Position numbers and translations under genes: made by a program. DNA of 64,000 nt from Gnetum montanum (taxonomy: Eukaryota; Plantae; Gnetophyta): assembly GCA_015680685.1 (NCBI GenBank), contig MNCI01002495.1:62001-126000 (forward strand). The letters are read 5' to 3'. This document shows, piece by piece, positions 52,141 to 64,000 of this stretch. Position 1 is the stretch's first letter, and every line of letters begins with the position of its first letter. Under the pieces are notes generated by a model. That model was given only the letters and a program-made list of their open reading frames with translations. It was not told the origin of the DNA and did not search any database.

Positions 52141-53233
52141 TGAGGACTAAGAACTTAGAAGGGGGGTTGAGTAAGTTCCCCAATAAAAATTGATCAACCA
52201 TAAAAACCACATCCAAATTTAATGTCGTTCCCCAACATTGGTAGTCCACACTCAGAGGTTAGATGTCTTGCACACCTCTAAACTTTGTTTCTCTAAAAAG
52301 TGGTTTGAAGGGTACCACACCTTGTACAAGCTCTAAGCTCCACTTTGGAGTGTTTTGTTGCTCTAAAACCAATCAACCCTACAAAATCCCAACAAGCTTA
52401 GAATATGATTTCAAGGATCCCATAACCTTTACAAAATTGAGCTCTGCTCCAAAGTGTTTGATGCTACATAAACACTCAATCTTGTAGGATCCTAACAAGC
52501 TCAATTATGATGCCTTCTCACAAGAATCACATCAACCCCAGCAAGGCAACAAGAGAGAAACAAAAAACAAGCACAAGGAAAGAGTGTAACCTAAATTATA
52601 GGTCCTTGTACTTTGAAGCACAATTCTATAATAAAGCAAATGATATGAAAAATTAAGTACACAAGTATAATATAATAGAATACATAATGATTAATTTTAT
52701 GTTGACAATGCTTGTTCTTTTCCCAAGAATTGGATATCTTCATATAGCTACTAAGGTTTTGAAAACACTTAGAATTTGTGTAATGAATAGTGTAGATGCC
52801 TCCTTCGAGATTGGGACATCTCTTTAAAATTGACTTCAATTCTAGGAAGACATCTCCTTCTTGGATGGGATGTCTTTGAGCAAAAATTTCCATAGATATG
52901 TCTTCTTTGAAAAGGAGATGTCTTCTTTTTAGAAATTTCCTCTGGACCAAGATGTCTTCTATTCCTTCAAGATGTCTTCTCAAATTTTAATCTCTGGTTC
53001 CTAAGGCTTTCTCTTGTTGATTTGGCTTCTTCCAAATCCTTGGAGCATCTTCATTTGACTCATAGCCTTCATCTTTATCCATGCTTGTCCATACTCTTTT
53101 CTTGCCCATGTAGTCTCTATTTTGACATTTCTTTGTAGATCTCACTTCTTGAGTTCTCATCCATGCCCTACAAAAACATTACATTATATGTTCTCCATTT
53201 TCCTTAAGGTTTTAACATACCAAAAGGTCAACA
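52141..53233 (-). repeat. 3' LTR of the Copia element
   Basis: Direct repeat of 57207-58323; TG...CA; adjacent PPT. Confidence 0.9.
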
Positions 53234-55479
53234 ATCTCCCCATTGATGTCCAAAACTTAAGAAAATGGATGAGTTAATAAACAATTTGAACAACAAAAAA
53301 TTATATATAAATTCAAATGGCAACCAAAGTTATAACTAGGATAATGGCTCTAAAGCTTAAGAAGTAGGGTAAAGATTGCACAAAATATTTTTTTAAAAAA
53401 AAGGCTACACTATGCAAAGACAAAACCTGTCTCCAAAATAATGCAACAAAACACATGTTATAGAAGCATGATTTTTCTATAGCATAATCTATCCACAAAA
53501 CTATCTACAATACATATGGCCACTCAAACATCCTCATCATGTACAAAAACCACACATGTACAATCCACATCAAAAACACATATGTGTACATCATCCAACT
53601 ATATCAAACTATCCATAGTACATCATGAACTCCATAAACTCTCTTCTTCTTTTTGGACATCATCAAAAAGGAGTAGAGCAAATCAAGATAATGCACAAGA
53701 AAAATTGGACATTTATGTTTAAAATTTTTTAATGAACACATGAGTGCTTGAGTACTCTAAGAAGATATATATAAAAACATTTTGCCATGGAAGAATAATA
53801 AATGAAAAGTTACACATCACTTAAAAATCCTTTGCATAGGATTGATGATGACAAACCAATTAAGAGCTTTTCATTATCTGTTTACAAAGTTAAAATTAGT
53901 GAGGCATAACTAATCCAAACATAACAAAGCAAAGCCTTAGAATTAATGTCCATGAAAATTGAAAACCAAGAGGCTGAAGTTCACATTTTGAGCATTTAGA
54001 ATCATGTAACCTATCTTCTGAACCAATAAGCCCTTAGGAATAAATAAACAAATATTCTACTTCTTTTAAAGCATCACCCAAAAAGATTAAGGCATATTAA
54101 TACATGCATATCCAACTTTAAAGAATTAGATCAAATATTCATAAGAAAGGTCAAGGCAACGCAACTTGTCATGTTAAATATATTTAAAAATCAAACAAAG
54201 ACAATCATCATTTTACTCAAAAACATAATCATGTTGAGAGAAAAAATAGCATATATTAATATTTTTACCTCATTTTTTTACCAAAAGAGATTCTGAACAC
54301 CTTTTCTAATTCCAGTCTACCATTGAATACTTGAGATCTCTAAGGGGAGTACTTCTCAAGTCATATTTGTAATAAGGACCTTAGGTACTTAAAATGATGC
54401 ATTCTCAACATACAAAAGATCAAACATTAACCATTAAATTCTTAACATAGTGCCCACAAGTAAGTTTATATAACATATAAAGTTTAAGAGCTTTCACCAA
54501 TAAAGACCAAATTTAGGTAAGGATTCTGAAGATTGATAAATAAATGTCCTCTTTTGCTTTAAAAACTTTACCAGATGAATATGGTCTTCCTTGCTCATAT
54601 TTAGCTATGGGTGTTGGAGTGGAAAGTCTTGTTGCCTCAGTATCTTTTGGTAAAAGTCTCAAAAGACTCCCCCTACACCAGTGACCTAAAGATGATAAAT
54701 GTTAATGAGGTATAGGCCCCCCTGCATATGTTAGATATCCTTATTATTTTAATGCTCCCTTTGGACCTTTTTAGATCATCTTTTTCTTTTCAAAGAAGTA
54801 ATATTCATGGTTCTTTTAATCATCAACATACTATCCCTATAGTGCAACATTAAGATCAAGTGTGGAGACTATGTCTCCTATTAATGATAATTCCTTCTGA
54901 AATATTTCTTTTCTCAAAAGATTCATGAAATTCATCAAAGGTACCAATTCAAATGTTTCAATTATCATAAAAAAATATTTCAAAAGAAATTGAACTTTGT
55001 TAGTTCATATGAAAGCACAATAACAAATCACAAGACATAAAATGAAAGAAAAGCTTTTGGTCCATGAATTACATGCAAGGGTTTTAAACCACTTGAAACT
55101 AATACAATCTACTTAAGAATCCAAAAGATGATTCAATAATAAAAATTGTTAAAAGTAGCGTAAGCTTACATTCAACCATAAAAATAAACTAATCACCTCA
55201 CTTTCATATATTCACAAAAAATAGCATAATCAAATATTCCTATAATGCCTCACTAATACAAAATATCTCCTTCTACATATGTGCTTATCTAAACATTTGT
55301 AGAATCTAAAGCTAATTTTCCATATCAAAACAAATTAGTTGTTCTTTTTTATTCAAATGTCCTTAAAAATTTTATAAACTGAAACAATTTCTAGCAAGTA
55401 AGAAAATGGAAACTTACCATAACTTACCTTACTTGTACTTGAAATGTAAAAGACTAATGAAGTTTGAGATGAGGTCCTT

Positions 55480-57152
55480 TATCATAGAGTACTTCCTTAG
55501 TTTTTAAATTTCTTTCATTAGTTCCTTTGCATGATGTCCAAGCTTGTTCATTTCATCTATGATGAAAGAATTTTTTATCACTTTCTATATCATTCATCTT
55601 TTTGAGGAATTTTCCAATTTCTTCATCTCCCATGGTTGCTTCCTAAAAAAATATCCTTACTAGAAACTTTTTGTCAAGACCAAACATCAATGTTATTTTC
55701 TTCAACATGAGGATAATCAAACTCTTATTTACTTCCACCATTTTTATAGACAAATAAAGTGTTCACCTTATGAATGATGTTATCAACCTGATTATGCTTG
55801 AGAAAGAGCTTATATCATGTGATAATATTTCAAAATTTTCATTCCTAGGCTATTTTTCAAGAGCCTCTCCTTCTTGAAAACTTCTACATTCTTTAGTTAA
55901 AGGGATTAGTTGTTGAATCTTAGCCTTTATCTCTAAGATTTCTCCTTTTAATTTGGTGTGAATTACATAAAATTTTTTATGCATAGATTTCTTTACCTTC
56001 TTATGTAGATAATATATAATGATAATTTCTTCTTGTAATTCACTATACCTTTTGTCATACTTACTTCTTGATTCATCAATAACTTGTAGTGATGTTTCAT
56101 TTGTGAGCACCATGCACATGAGCTGAGAATAATTTTTGGATTCATCTACTTCTTCTTCAATTTGTTCACAATCATCCCAACTAGTGTAGAGGTTGGACTT
56201 GTCATTTCCATATCAATCGTCTCCATTCATTGCAAATTGTCATTGCTAGGATATTTAAAGGTCACATGGCCTCTTCCTTCACAAACCCAACATTCCATTG
56301 AAAAAGCATCAAAATTAGAGTTTGACACCTTCGTACCTTTATCCTTACCTTTAGAGTTAGACTGATTGGATCCTCAATGATTGAAGCTCTTTTCTTTTCT
56401 TGCAAGTATCCATTGGACTCTTCTTGAAAGAAACGCTATATCATCTTCACTACTCACATCTTGCTTAGTAATTTCCTTTTTCTTAGAGGCTATTTTTAGG
56501 GCAATGTGTTTTTCTTTTATTTCCCCTTCACTTATGAGCTTCATTTCATAAGCAATAAGAGCACTTTGAACCTCTTCAAATTTTAAGACTAAAAAATCTC
56601 TAATCTCCTTCATGGTTGTAAACTTAGGTCTAAATTCTAGTTGTAGCATCTTAATCATCTTTATTATTACATCGCTTTCAAGAAAATCCTTGCCTATGCC
56701 CCTGATTGCCACAAGTAGATTGTTTTCCCTAGAGAAATAATTTTTTATTTTCTCACCTTTTCTCATTCTAAGTTTATCATACTCACTTTGCAAGACTAAA
56801 ATTTTAGATTTCTTAACTATCAATGTTCCCTCATGGGTAGCTTCTAAAGTTTCCCAAATTTCTTTGGAAATTTTATATCTAGCTCCTCTATTAAATTCAT
56901 ATTTATTCAATGCACAATATAAACAATTGTTTGCCTTAGAATCATGCATAAACTTATCTCTTTCTTCTTGCATCCACTTGCTCTAAGGCTTGATGGCCTT
57001 TTTTGCATTATCAATGGGTGGTGTGTAGCCTTTGAGGATGGACTCCCATACTTCAAACTCCATAGACTTGAAGAAGCCTTGCATCCTTACCTTCTAATAG
57101 ACAAAACCAAACCCACCAAACAATGGTGGCTTTATGTAAGAAGTTCCTCCAT
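55480..57152 (-). pseudogene. Copia gag (DUF4219/UBN2-like, zinc knuckles, coiled coil)
   Basis: 'PPLFGGFGFVY*KVRMQGF' and ORF 56374-56973 'SKEIWETLEATHEGT..VKKSKI'. Knuckle 'CWVCEGRGH' ~56270, coiled coil 55850-56119, second knuckle relic 'NKLGHHAKE' ~55530. Confidence 0.85.
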
Positions 57153-57206
57153 AGTTCACTCTTGAAGTTGATGTTAAATGAAAGAGTACCAGGCTACGAT
57201 ACCACT

Positions 57207-58323
57207 TGAGGATTCAGAACTTAAAAGGAGGGTTGAATAAGTTTCCTAATAAGAATTAATCATCCACAAAAACCACACCCAAATTTAACGTGGTTTCCCA
57301 ACTTGGGTAGTCCACACTCAAAGGGTGGATTTCTTGCACAACTCTAAACTTTGTTTCTCTAGAAAGTGGTTTGAAGGGTACCACACCCTGTACAAGCTCT
57401 AAGCTCTACTCCGAAGTTTTTTGTTGCTATGAAACCACTCAACCCTACAAGGTCCCAACAAGCTTAGAATGTGATTTCAAGGATTCCACAACCTTTACAA
57501 AATTGAGCTTTGCTTCAAAGTGTTTTGATGTTACACAAACACTCAATCCTGTAGGATCCCAACAAGCTTAATTACAATGCCTTCTCACAAGAAGCACATC
57601 AACCCCAACATGGCAATAAGAGAGAAACAAAAAATCATAATGAAAGAGTGTAACGTAAATTACAATCCTTGTACTTTAAAGCATAGTTATACAATCAAGC
57701 AAATGATATGACAAATGAAGTACACAAGTACAATAGAATAGAATACACAATGATTATTTTGATGTTGACAATGCTTGTCCTTTTTCCAAGAATTTGATGT
57801 CTTCTTATAACTTCTAAGTTTTTGAAAGCACCTTAGAATTCATGCAACAACTATCTAATGACTAGTGTAGACATCTCCTTTGATATTGAGACGTCTCTCT
57901 AAAATTAACTTCAATTCTAGGGAGACATCTCCTTCTTCTATGGGACATCTTTATGGAGGCATCTTCTTTGAAAAGGGGACATCTCTTGTTTTGGGAGACA
58001 TCTTCTTTTAACAAACATTCTCTTGGAGAAGATATCTTCTATTCCTTAGAGACTTCCTATCAACTTTTGAGCTCTAGCTCTTAAGGCTTTCTCTTATTTA
58101 TTTGGCTTCTTCCAAATCCTTGGATCATCTTCATTTGACTCATAGCCTTCATCTTTATCCATGCTTGTCCATGCTCTTATCTTGCCCATGTAATCTTTTC
58201 TTTGACATCTCTTTGTAGATCTCACTTCTTGAGTTCTCATCCATGCCCTGTAAAAACATCACATCCCACAACATTCTATGTTCTTCTTTTTTCATAAGGT
58301 TTTGACATACCACAAGGTCAAAA
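57207..58323 (-). repeat. 5' LTR of the Copia element
   Basis: Direct repeat of 52141-53233, adjacent to the PBS; terminal CA mutated to AA. Confidence 0.88.
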
Positions 58324-58329
58324 AAACTA

Positions 58330-58810
58330 GCAAATGATATAAGGCTTTTGAGGTCATGATGGAGACTATTGATGATGCTTGTAGTTAGACCAGCAAATGA
58401 TGTAAGACTTTCTAGGTAGGAGTTACAAGCTTTATATTCAAAATTAAAAGTTAAAAGAGTATTCTTAGCTTCTAAGGGATTCTAAAATACTTCAAGCTTC
58501 TAGTTGTCCAAATGCATAATGGATGGCAAATTTTTCACCACTATCTTACCCTTATCTATAAGATCCTAGATATTAACTTTCTTATTCCTACTATGTGTGA
58601 GTCATGACTAGTAGTCTCATGATAGTAGTAATACTTCTAGTAGTCATACCACTTAGGGACCTCTAGGTTACCTTCTTATCTCTGAGAAGAGTCCATAGGT
58701 ATGATTTGAATATGATGATAACATGTTCTCACTTGATCAAAAACATGCTTCATCTTAAAATGACCATCCCTAAGAAGAGTTTTCAAAAGTAGAGAGTACC
58801 TCATGGGTAT
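58330..58810 (-). mobile_element. Decayed gypsy (Tat-like) gag fragment
   Basis: Minus strand 'H...SHDS....RK.I*DLIDKGKI' resembles the IQDLIDxGxI motif after the Gag knuckle. Confidence 0.4.
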
Positions 58811-61330
58811 TGATGATTGGTGAGGTACCCCTACACCCAACCATATGAATCAAAAAGCATTAACACATGATCCCAAGCAATAGCAAGTGCTACATTACTG
58901 GCCATACCAAGCAATAACACTATTGGAATTACCAAGCGAATACGTGTTATGCTCAAATTGTTGTACTTATGTTTCTAATCTATCTAGCTTATCTTGCTTA
59001 ATTAGCTTAATTACTGGAGAACATCCAATAATTAACTAGAAGTATGAAATGCATAAATAAATATCTAAAATATCTAGAATTTTACAAGGTTTATCAAGAA
59101 GCTTGTCTTTATTGTCATATACACTATCATGCTCAGGTACAACAATGCTCGAATAAAGATTTGTACACTCAATGACTCTTGCTACAAGCACTCAAGAGAA
59201 ATATTCTAACTTTCAAATGTAAAAACTACAAGATTTTAGCTACTATGATGAATCTAATTCCCATAAACATGGCTAGAGCTCATATTTATATTTTTTGCTT
59301 TAGGGCTGCATCGATGGGGCCTCGTCAACATAGCAAACGCTATGTCAATGGGGCCCCATCAATGGAGCAACACCATAAAAATGGGGCCTCATCAACAAGG
59401 TCCCATCAACACAGCCAATTAATGCTTCATCATACCCCCACTATTGAATGAAAACTCATCCTCAAGTGCTTTTACAAAATTGGGAATGTATGGGATTATT
59501 TACTGACTCTTAACAAAACAAAATGACCTGACAAAACTAAGTGCCCAAGTGTACAAATCAACAAATTAAAAAAATTGTGGTGTTCATGACACAAAATTGA
59601 ACACCATTACATGACTCTAGAAAATGTTTGGCAACACATATTCTGATGACATGAAGACGGTGATGAAGATCAGATAGTCCTAGGTGGTGGTGGCTCCTGG
59701 GGCTCTAAAAGACCTTCACCAACTTCAAGCCCATGCAATGGTTGAGGAAACTCTAGCTATCTTGTTGCAATAGCAACCTTCAGTGGAAGGAGAAAGACAT
59801 CAAGTAGTGCCTTCATCCTCTCCTCCTTACTCCAAGGATCATTCACGTTCCATGCAGCACCACCAATGTTGGCTAGAATGGGAACATCCCACAAATAGGG
59901 CATGATCAAGAACATCTCCTTTACATTGACAAACCATGTAGCAAATTGTTTATGTTCAATGTCGAACACCCTTGCTACATTTTGTAGCTCTTGGTAGTCA
60001 TTCATCCATCTAGCCAGGTTCTCAATAGTTGATCTTTGATCTATGAAACGTGCCTTGAGAACTTCAATTTTAGCATTAGCCATCGCAAGCTTGTACCTTT
60101 TTTTCCTTGTGGTGCTTGAACTCAACCTCATACAGCAAGTATGAGCTAGCCACCTACTTCTCCAGCTTAGACTATAGCCTTCTGGTAGTTAACATCACCA
60201 GATTTTCATAACAAAGATTGGCAAGCTTCATATACTCTATCATCTCCTCGATCTACAACTCCTTTGTGTGGATTTCTAATTTGTTATAGGCATCTATCCC
60301 ATCAATGATGGGTTGCCAAACTACCCTTCCTTGCTAGAGTTGTTCGAGGACATCATTTACCTTTGCCTTTGCCAATTGGATATGTTTTTTATTTATTCCC
60401 TTTTGTAGACCAACCTACTCTTTGTAAAGATCTTTAACTTTCTCAAATTTGAGAGCTTCAGATTTCCAAGTGGCTACCTCAATTTCACTCTTTTAGTGAA
60501 GGATGTGCATAGATTCCTATTCTTTGCTACCAATCTCCTTAGTTCTATATTTTCTCTAGCTAGCTACTCCTATTGTTGATGGATGAAATCTGTTAACTAT
60601 TCCTTGTGTGTATCAATGTTTCACAGGCAATGGTTCTCTGTGGTCAATTGGACATTCTCCTAGTGGGTTTGATCCAAGGCCTTTTGAATATTATGCTATG
60701 TGGCTTCTACCAAGGATCTGTAGAACACTACCATCTCCATTGCATTCTCAACCCCTTTGAGCCTAGACTAAATATGTTGCATAGCTTCATCTCTTATGAG
60801 TATCGGGTTGAGAAACGCAAGATTGGCAATTTGGCCTCTTAGTTTCGCAACCTCAATAGCCAAGTGTTCATTCCACTCTCTAGCTATTTCAAGTTACCCC
60901 TCCAATATAATGTTCTTGTCCCTTGCCTCTAGTAGCTCTGACTGGGCTTCAGTGATGTTATCTAGAAGGTCAAAGACATCTAGAAGCAATTTCCTAGTTC
61001 CCATCAATTGGTCTAATAGCTCTTCATGTTGCACTGCACTTATTTTGCTACTTATAGTTCCTATGGATGTCTACACATATTTGAGTGTAGTGATGTCTAG
61101 TGCAAATGCTGTAAATGCATTGAGCATTTCAGCAATCCTATTAGTGAGCACTTCTATTGTTGTTTCCTACCCTTTGTGCTACATCACCAAAAGAGTTGCC
61201 CCTTCACCCTCCTCCAAGCTCACCAAGAAGGTCACAGCATTCTTATAAATTTCTAGGAGTGGTTTTTATTCTATGAGAGATATTGTGACCTCTCTAGTGC
61301 TTGGATTCGACCTTACAAGCACCTGCATTC
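58811..61330 (-). mobile_element. 3' fragment of a diverged third family member (copy C): LTR 58811-59432, PPT and C-terminal part of the extra ORF
   Basis: LTR end tgatgattggtgaggtacccctacacccaaccatatgaatc matches A and B. The PPT/pre-PPT tacccccactattgaatgaaaactcatcctc matches B. ORF 59757-60131 matches the A/B C-terminal domain; ends EPPPPRTI* at 59670. Confidence 0.82.
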
Positions 61331-61689
61331 TTTGGGAAATGAAAATGAATCCACCCTCACCCATCAAACTAATTGTTTGGGCCACCTCATTATGGTAGCT
61401 CATGGCTAGTCTATATACAAATGGGTCCCCACCACTCATGCCTACTCTTTACTTTTTTTCACTCAAGAGCCACTGTCTATATTCATGCAACTATTGTCCC
61501 TATTAATTATTAAAGGAAATATTTTAATTTCCAAGCCCTATATTTTTTTATGAACTATGTTTATCTTCATTTATTAAAATGCATTTTAGGAATCCTTCTT
61601 TCTAGAGTTCATGAGTAGATTATTCAAAAGATTAAAGATAAATGTCATAAAACTATCTTTCTTCATGTGAGATATACATTGATTTTAAT

Positions 61690-63540
61690 AGCATGATTTG
61701 AAGAATATGCCCACAAGCTCCGTAGATTCATAGCTCCATATTTACCAACTTTGAAGATAGGTAAGCAAATATGGAGGAGCCCACTTAGGCATGATTACAA
61801 GCACAAGAAAGTTTTCCATCTTATATTTGGCTTTTGGGAATTCAGTAATACTAGAAATCCAAAAGGGATGGCCAAAAGATACAAGGAAAAATATGATCTA
61901 CCAATAGCTCCAAAGAGGATCTATTCAGTGACAAAAACTAGAAAGGTTCATCAACCTGATGAGATAGACATCATTTATCAAAGAGCTTAAGGTAAGGAAG
62001 TAAATCACGCTAAGACTAAAGTGAAGGGATAGCTAAGAAGAATTTTGTCAATGGAGCTTCCAATATCATCATGAGATAGATCTATTGTACACTCATGCCA
62101 ATGGATGAAAAGAAAACAATATCCTTTACCTGGAGATTTCCATGAGAAGTACATAGCTCTCGTTGAAGAAAACTATTTCTCTTGGAAGCTAGATAGTTTA
62201 GAAGAAGCTCTACGAGATGAAATATTTCCTCTAAAAAACATTGAATTTGTTAGAGTTCAAGTAGCTAGGTATATCAAAATTGAGAGAATCAAGGAAAATA
62301 AGAAAAACAACAAAAAATATTTAAGTAGTAGCAAAAGTTAATGGAGCAATATTAGTAGAAACAACAAGAACAATAGAAAGAAGATGAAAGCTCAATTCTT
62401 GAGTCACCACTAGCGTTAACTACATTAAGTTTTCCTTATGGCTATTTAATGAAAGGAGTAAGGTCCTTTAAAGTGAAGGAAAAAAGAAGGGAGAATCATC
62501 TTGAGACAAAAGCTTCAAACTAAACCAAAAATAGAAATGAGTGTTATTTTTCCTTATAACAAGGATGATTTTCTAACAAAAGGGTAAAATTTTATAATGA
62601 CTCATCAAGATATGTTTGAAGCTATAGTTGTTTTAATTAAGGGTATGGGACAAGTAGCTAACAATAGAATTGCAAAGCTCAAATAATTCTTGATTCAGAG
62701 TAAGTAAGAAATAGCAAAGCTGAAAGATGAGCTAAAACATTTCAAAGATTTGAATAAGTAGATGAAAGTAATAATTTTAATAAAGGAGTCTTTACTTTAA
62801 AATAAAGAAAAGAATAATTTGTAATTGGAAAAAATATTATCCAATGTAAGCTTAGAATTGAAAGAAGCAAAAGGAAGAAAAATTTTACATCATTTATATT
62901 TACTATAGCCCAGCTTTCAAGAGTTGATCTCTGAATTTTATTTTCAAGAGAAATGCACAAAATAAGTAAGAGTGGAGATTAATGAAGCTAGGAAAAATTA
63001 GGCTTTGTATAAACAAATTGATCAAAGAGCTGAAAATTTAGTTAGAACTACCACTAAAATAAAGGAAAGATTGTCACAATACAAGAAAGATTTACTTGAT
63101 ACTATAATGATCGTAGTTTTTAGAGTCATGAGAGATATTAATCAAAAGAAGATGTAGTTAGAATAAGCTTGTTATACAGTAGGTTCTACATTGAATAAGT
63201 TAGCTAATTCACTAACTGAATTAGGAGCCGAAGAATCAAGTATTGAGAAAGTTATTTAGAAGTTAGATTAATTAGAGCCTAACGAGCATAATCAAGAAAT
63301 TAAGGTTGTATATCATTATGGTAATATTTCCCAGTAACTTTCAATAGAGGAATAGCAAGTACAAAAGATGACTAGGTCTTTTGAGACAATTTAGCAACTA
63401 TCTAATGGTTTATAGTTGTATGAGAAAGCTATAAATTTAATTAAGCTCTAAAATAAGTTAGCTAATATAACCGTTGAACCTATATATAAAGCTTTACACA
63501 AATCTATAAAAACAAAGGGGTTTCTTTTTAGAAGAAGAAT
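61690..63540 (+). pseudogene. Decayed unknown ORF with long coiled-coil C-terminus, probably a retrotransposon accessory ORF
   Basis: ORF pieces 61751-61990 and 62105-62341, then K/E/L-rich broken frames to ~63540. No recognised domain. Confidence 0.4.
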
Positions 63541-64000
63541 TTTTTTATAGAAAAATCTTGTAAGACACTTTCATGGTAATGACATTCTAAAGAGTTTTTA
63601 CTTTTCTCGTTTACTTATTTTCTCTTAGTTTAATATTTCATTTGATAGCTTTCTAGTTGTTTAGCTAGATTTGCATGTAGCTATGCTTTAGTCATTAGGA
63701 GTTTTAGGATACGTTTTTGTTACACCATTGAATAAGATAGCTTATCTAAAAATTAGTTATAAATAAGTATAACATGGGATAGATGTTATTCCAGCTATAT
63801 ATTTAAACTTCTTAATAAATTATTTAATAGTAGGTTTTCGCTGTGTGACATAACTTTTTTTGAAATATAGCTTTTGGAAAGTGTGTGAGTAGATAGCATA
63901 GATTTACTGAATAGCAAATCCCATTATACTTATTATTTACTATTATAAGTAACATGAAATCTAGAACTCAATGATTAACGAATTGGTAAAAACTATTAGC

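Larger units (their letters stand above)
52141..58323 (-). mobile_element. Pol-less Ty1/copia (SIRE-like) element with gag only (TR-GAG-like)
   Basis: LTRs 52141-53233 and 57207-58323, iMet PBS (57193-57204, rc tggtatcgtagc), PPT (rc ggggagat at 53234-53241), near-TSD aaaat/aaact. The ~4 kb interior has gag but no INT/RT motifs. Confidence 0.88.

Noticed and set aside
52591-52983. 130-aa ORF
   Set aside because: Lies within the LTR motif array, and the sister LTR has no equivalent ORF in the track.
60796-61248. 150-aa Ser/Leu-rich plus-strand ORF
   Set aside because: Antisense shadow of the minus-strand coiled-coil extra ORF of copy C.

Overview
AT-rich, strongly CpG-depleted plant nuclear DNA, probably from a non-angiosperm land plant given its LINE and LTR repertoire (inference). 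Almost the whole window is nested, decayed retroelements. No intact host CDS, RNA gene or CRISPR array is supportable. The only gene-like signal is a CpG-rich island at about 4.05-5.1 kb. Main components: (i) a gypsy pol remnant at 1-1985; (ii) two copies of one LTR family (2087-3540 minus, CpG-rich; about 8690-9817 plus, CpG-decayed); (iii) three members of a pol-less Athila-derived LTR family, A (10728-21499, TSD ATTAG), B (28500-37304, TSD CTATT) and a 3' fragment C (58811 to about 61330); (iv) a decayed but structurally complete Athila (about 27493-47718) that hosts B and has an apparently intron-containing env-like gene; (v) a Tekay-like solo LTR nested in A; (vi) RTE-X-like, L1 and RTE LINE remnants and an Au-like SINE with a 20-bp TSD; (vii) a pol-less SIRE-like Copia element (52141-58323). 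A and B keep a Gag ORF with a novel C-terminal extension in place of pol and a roughly 900-codon extra ORF; C preserves the C-terminal part of that ORF. Most notable finding: A and B carry a 14-bp-periodic array of a CpG palindrome in the LTR U3 and again upstream of an internal TATA that precedes the extra ORF. C's LTR keeps the period but uses a different palindrome. This layout suggests an element-encoded, sequence-specific regulatory or anti-silencing module (hypothesis).
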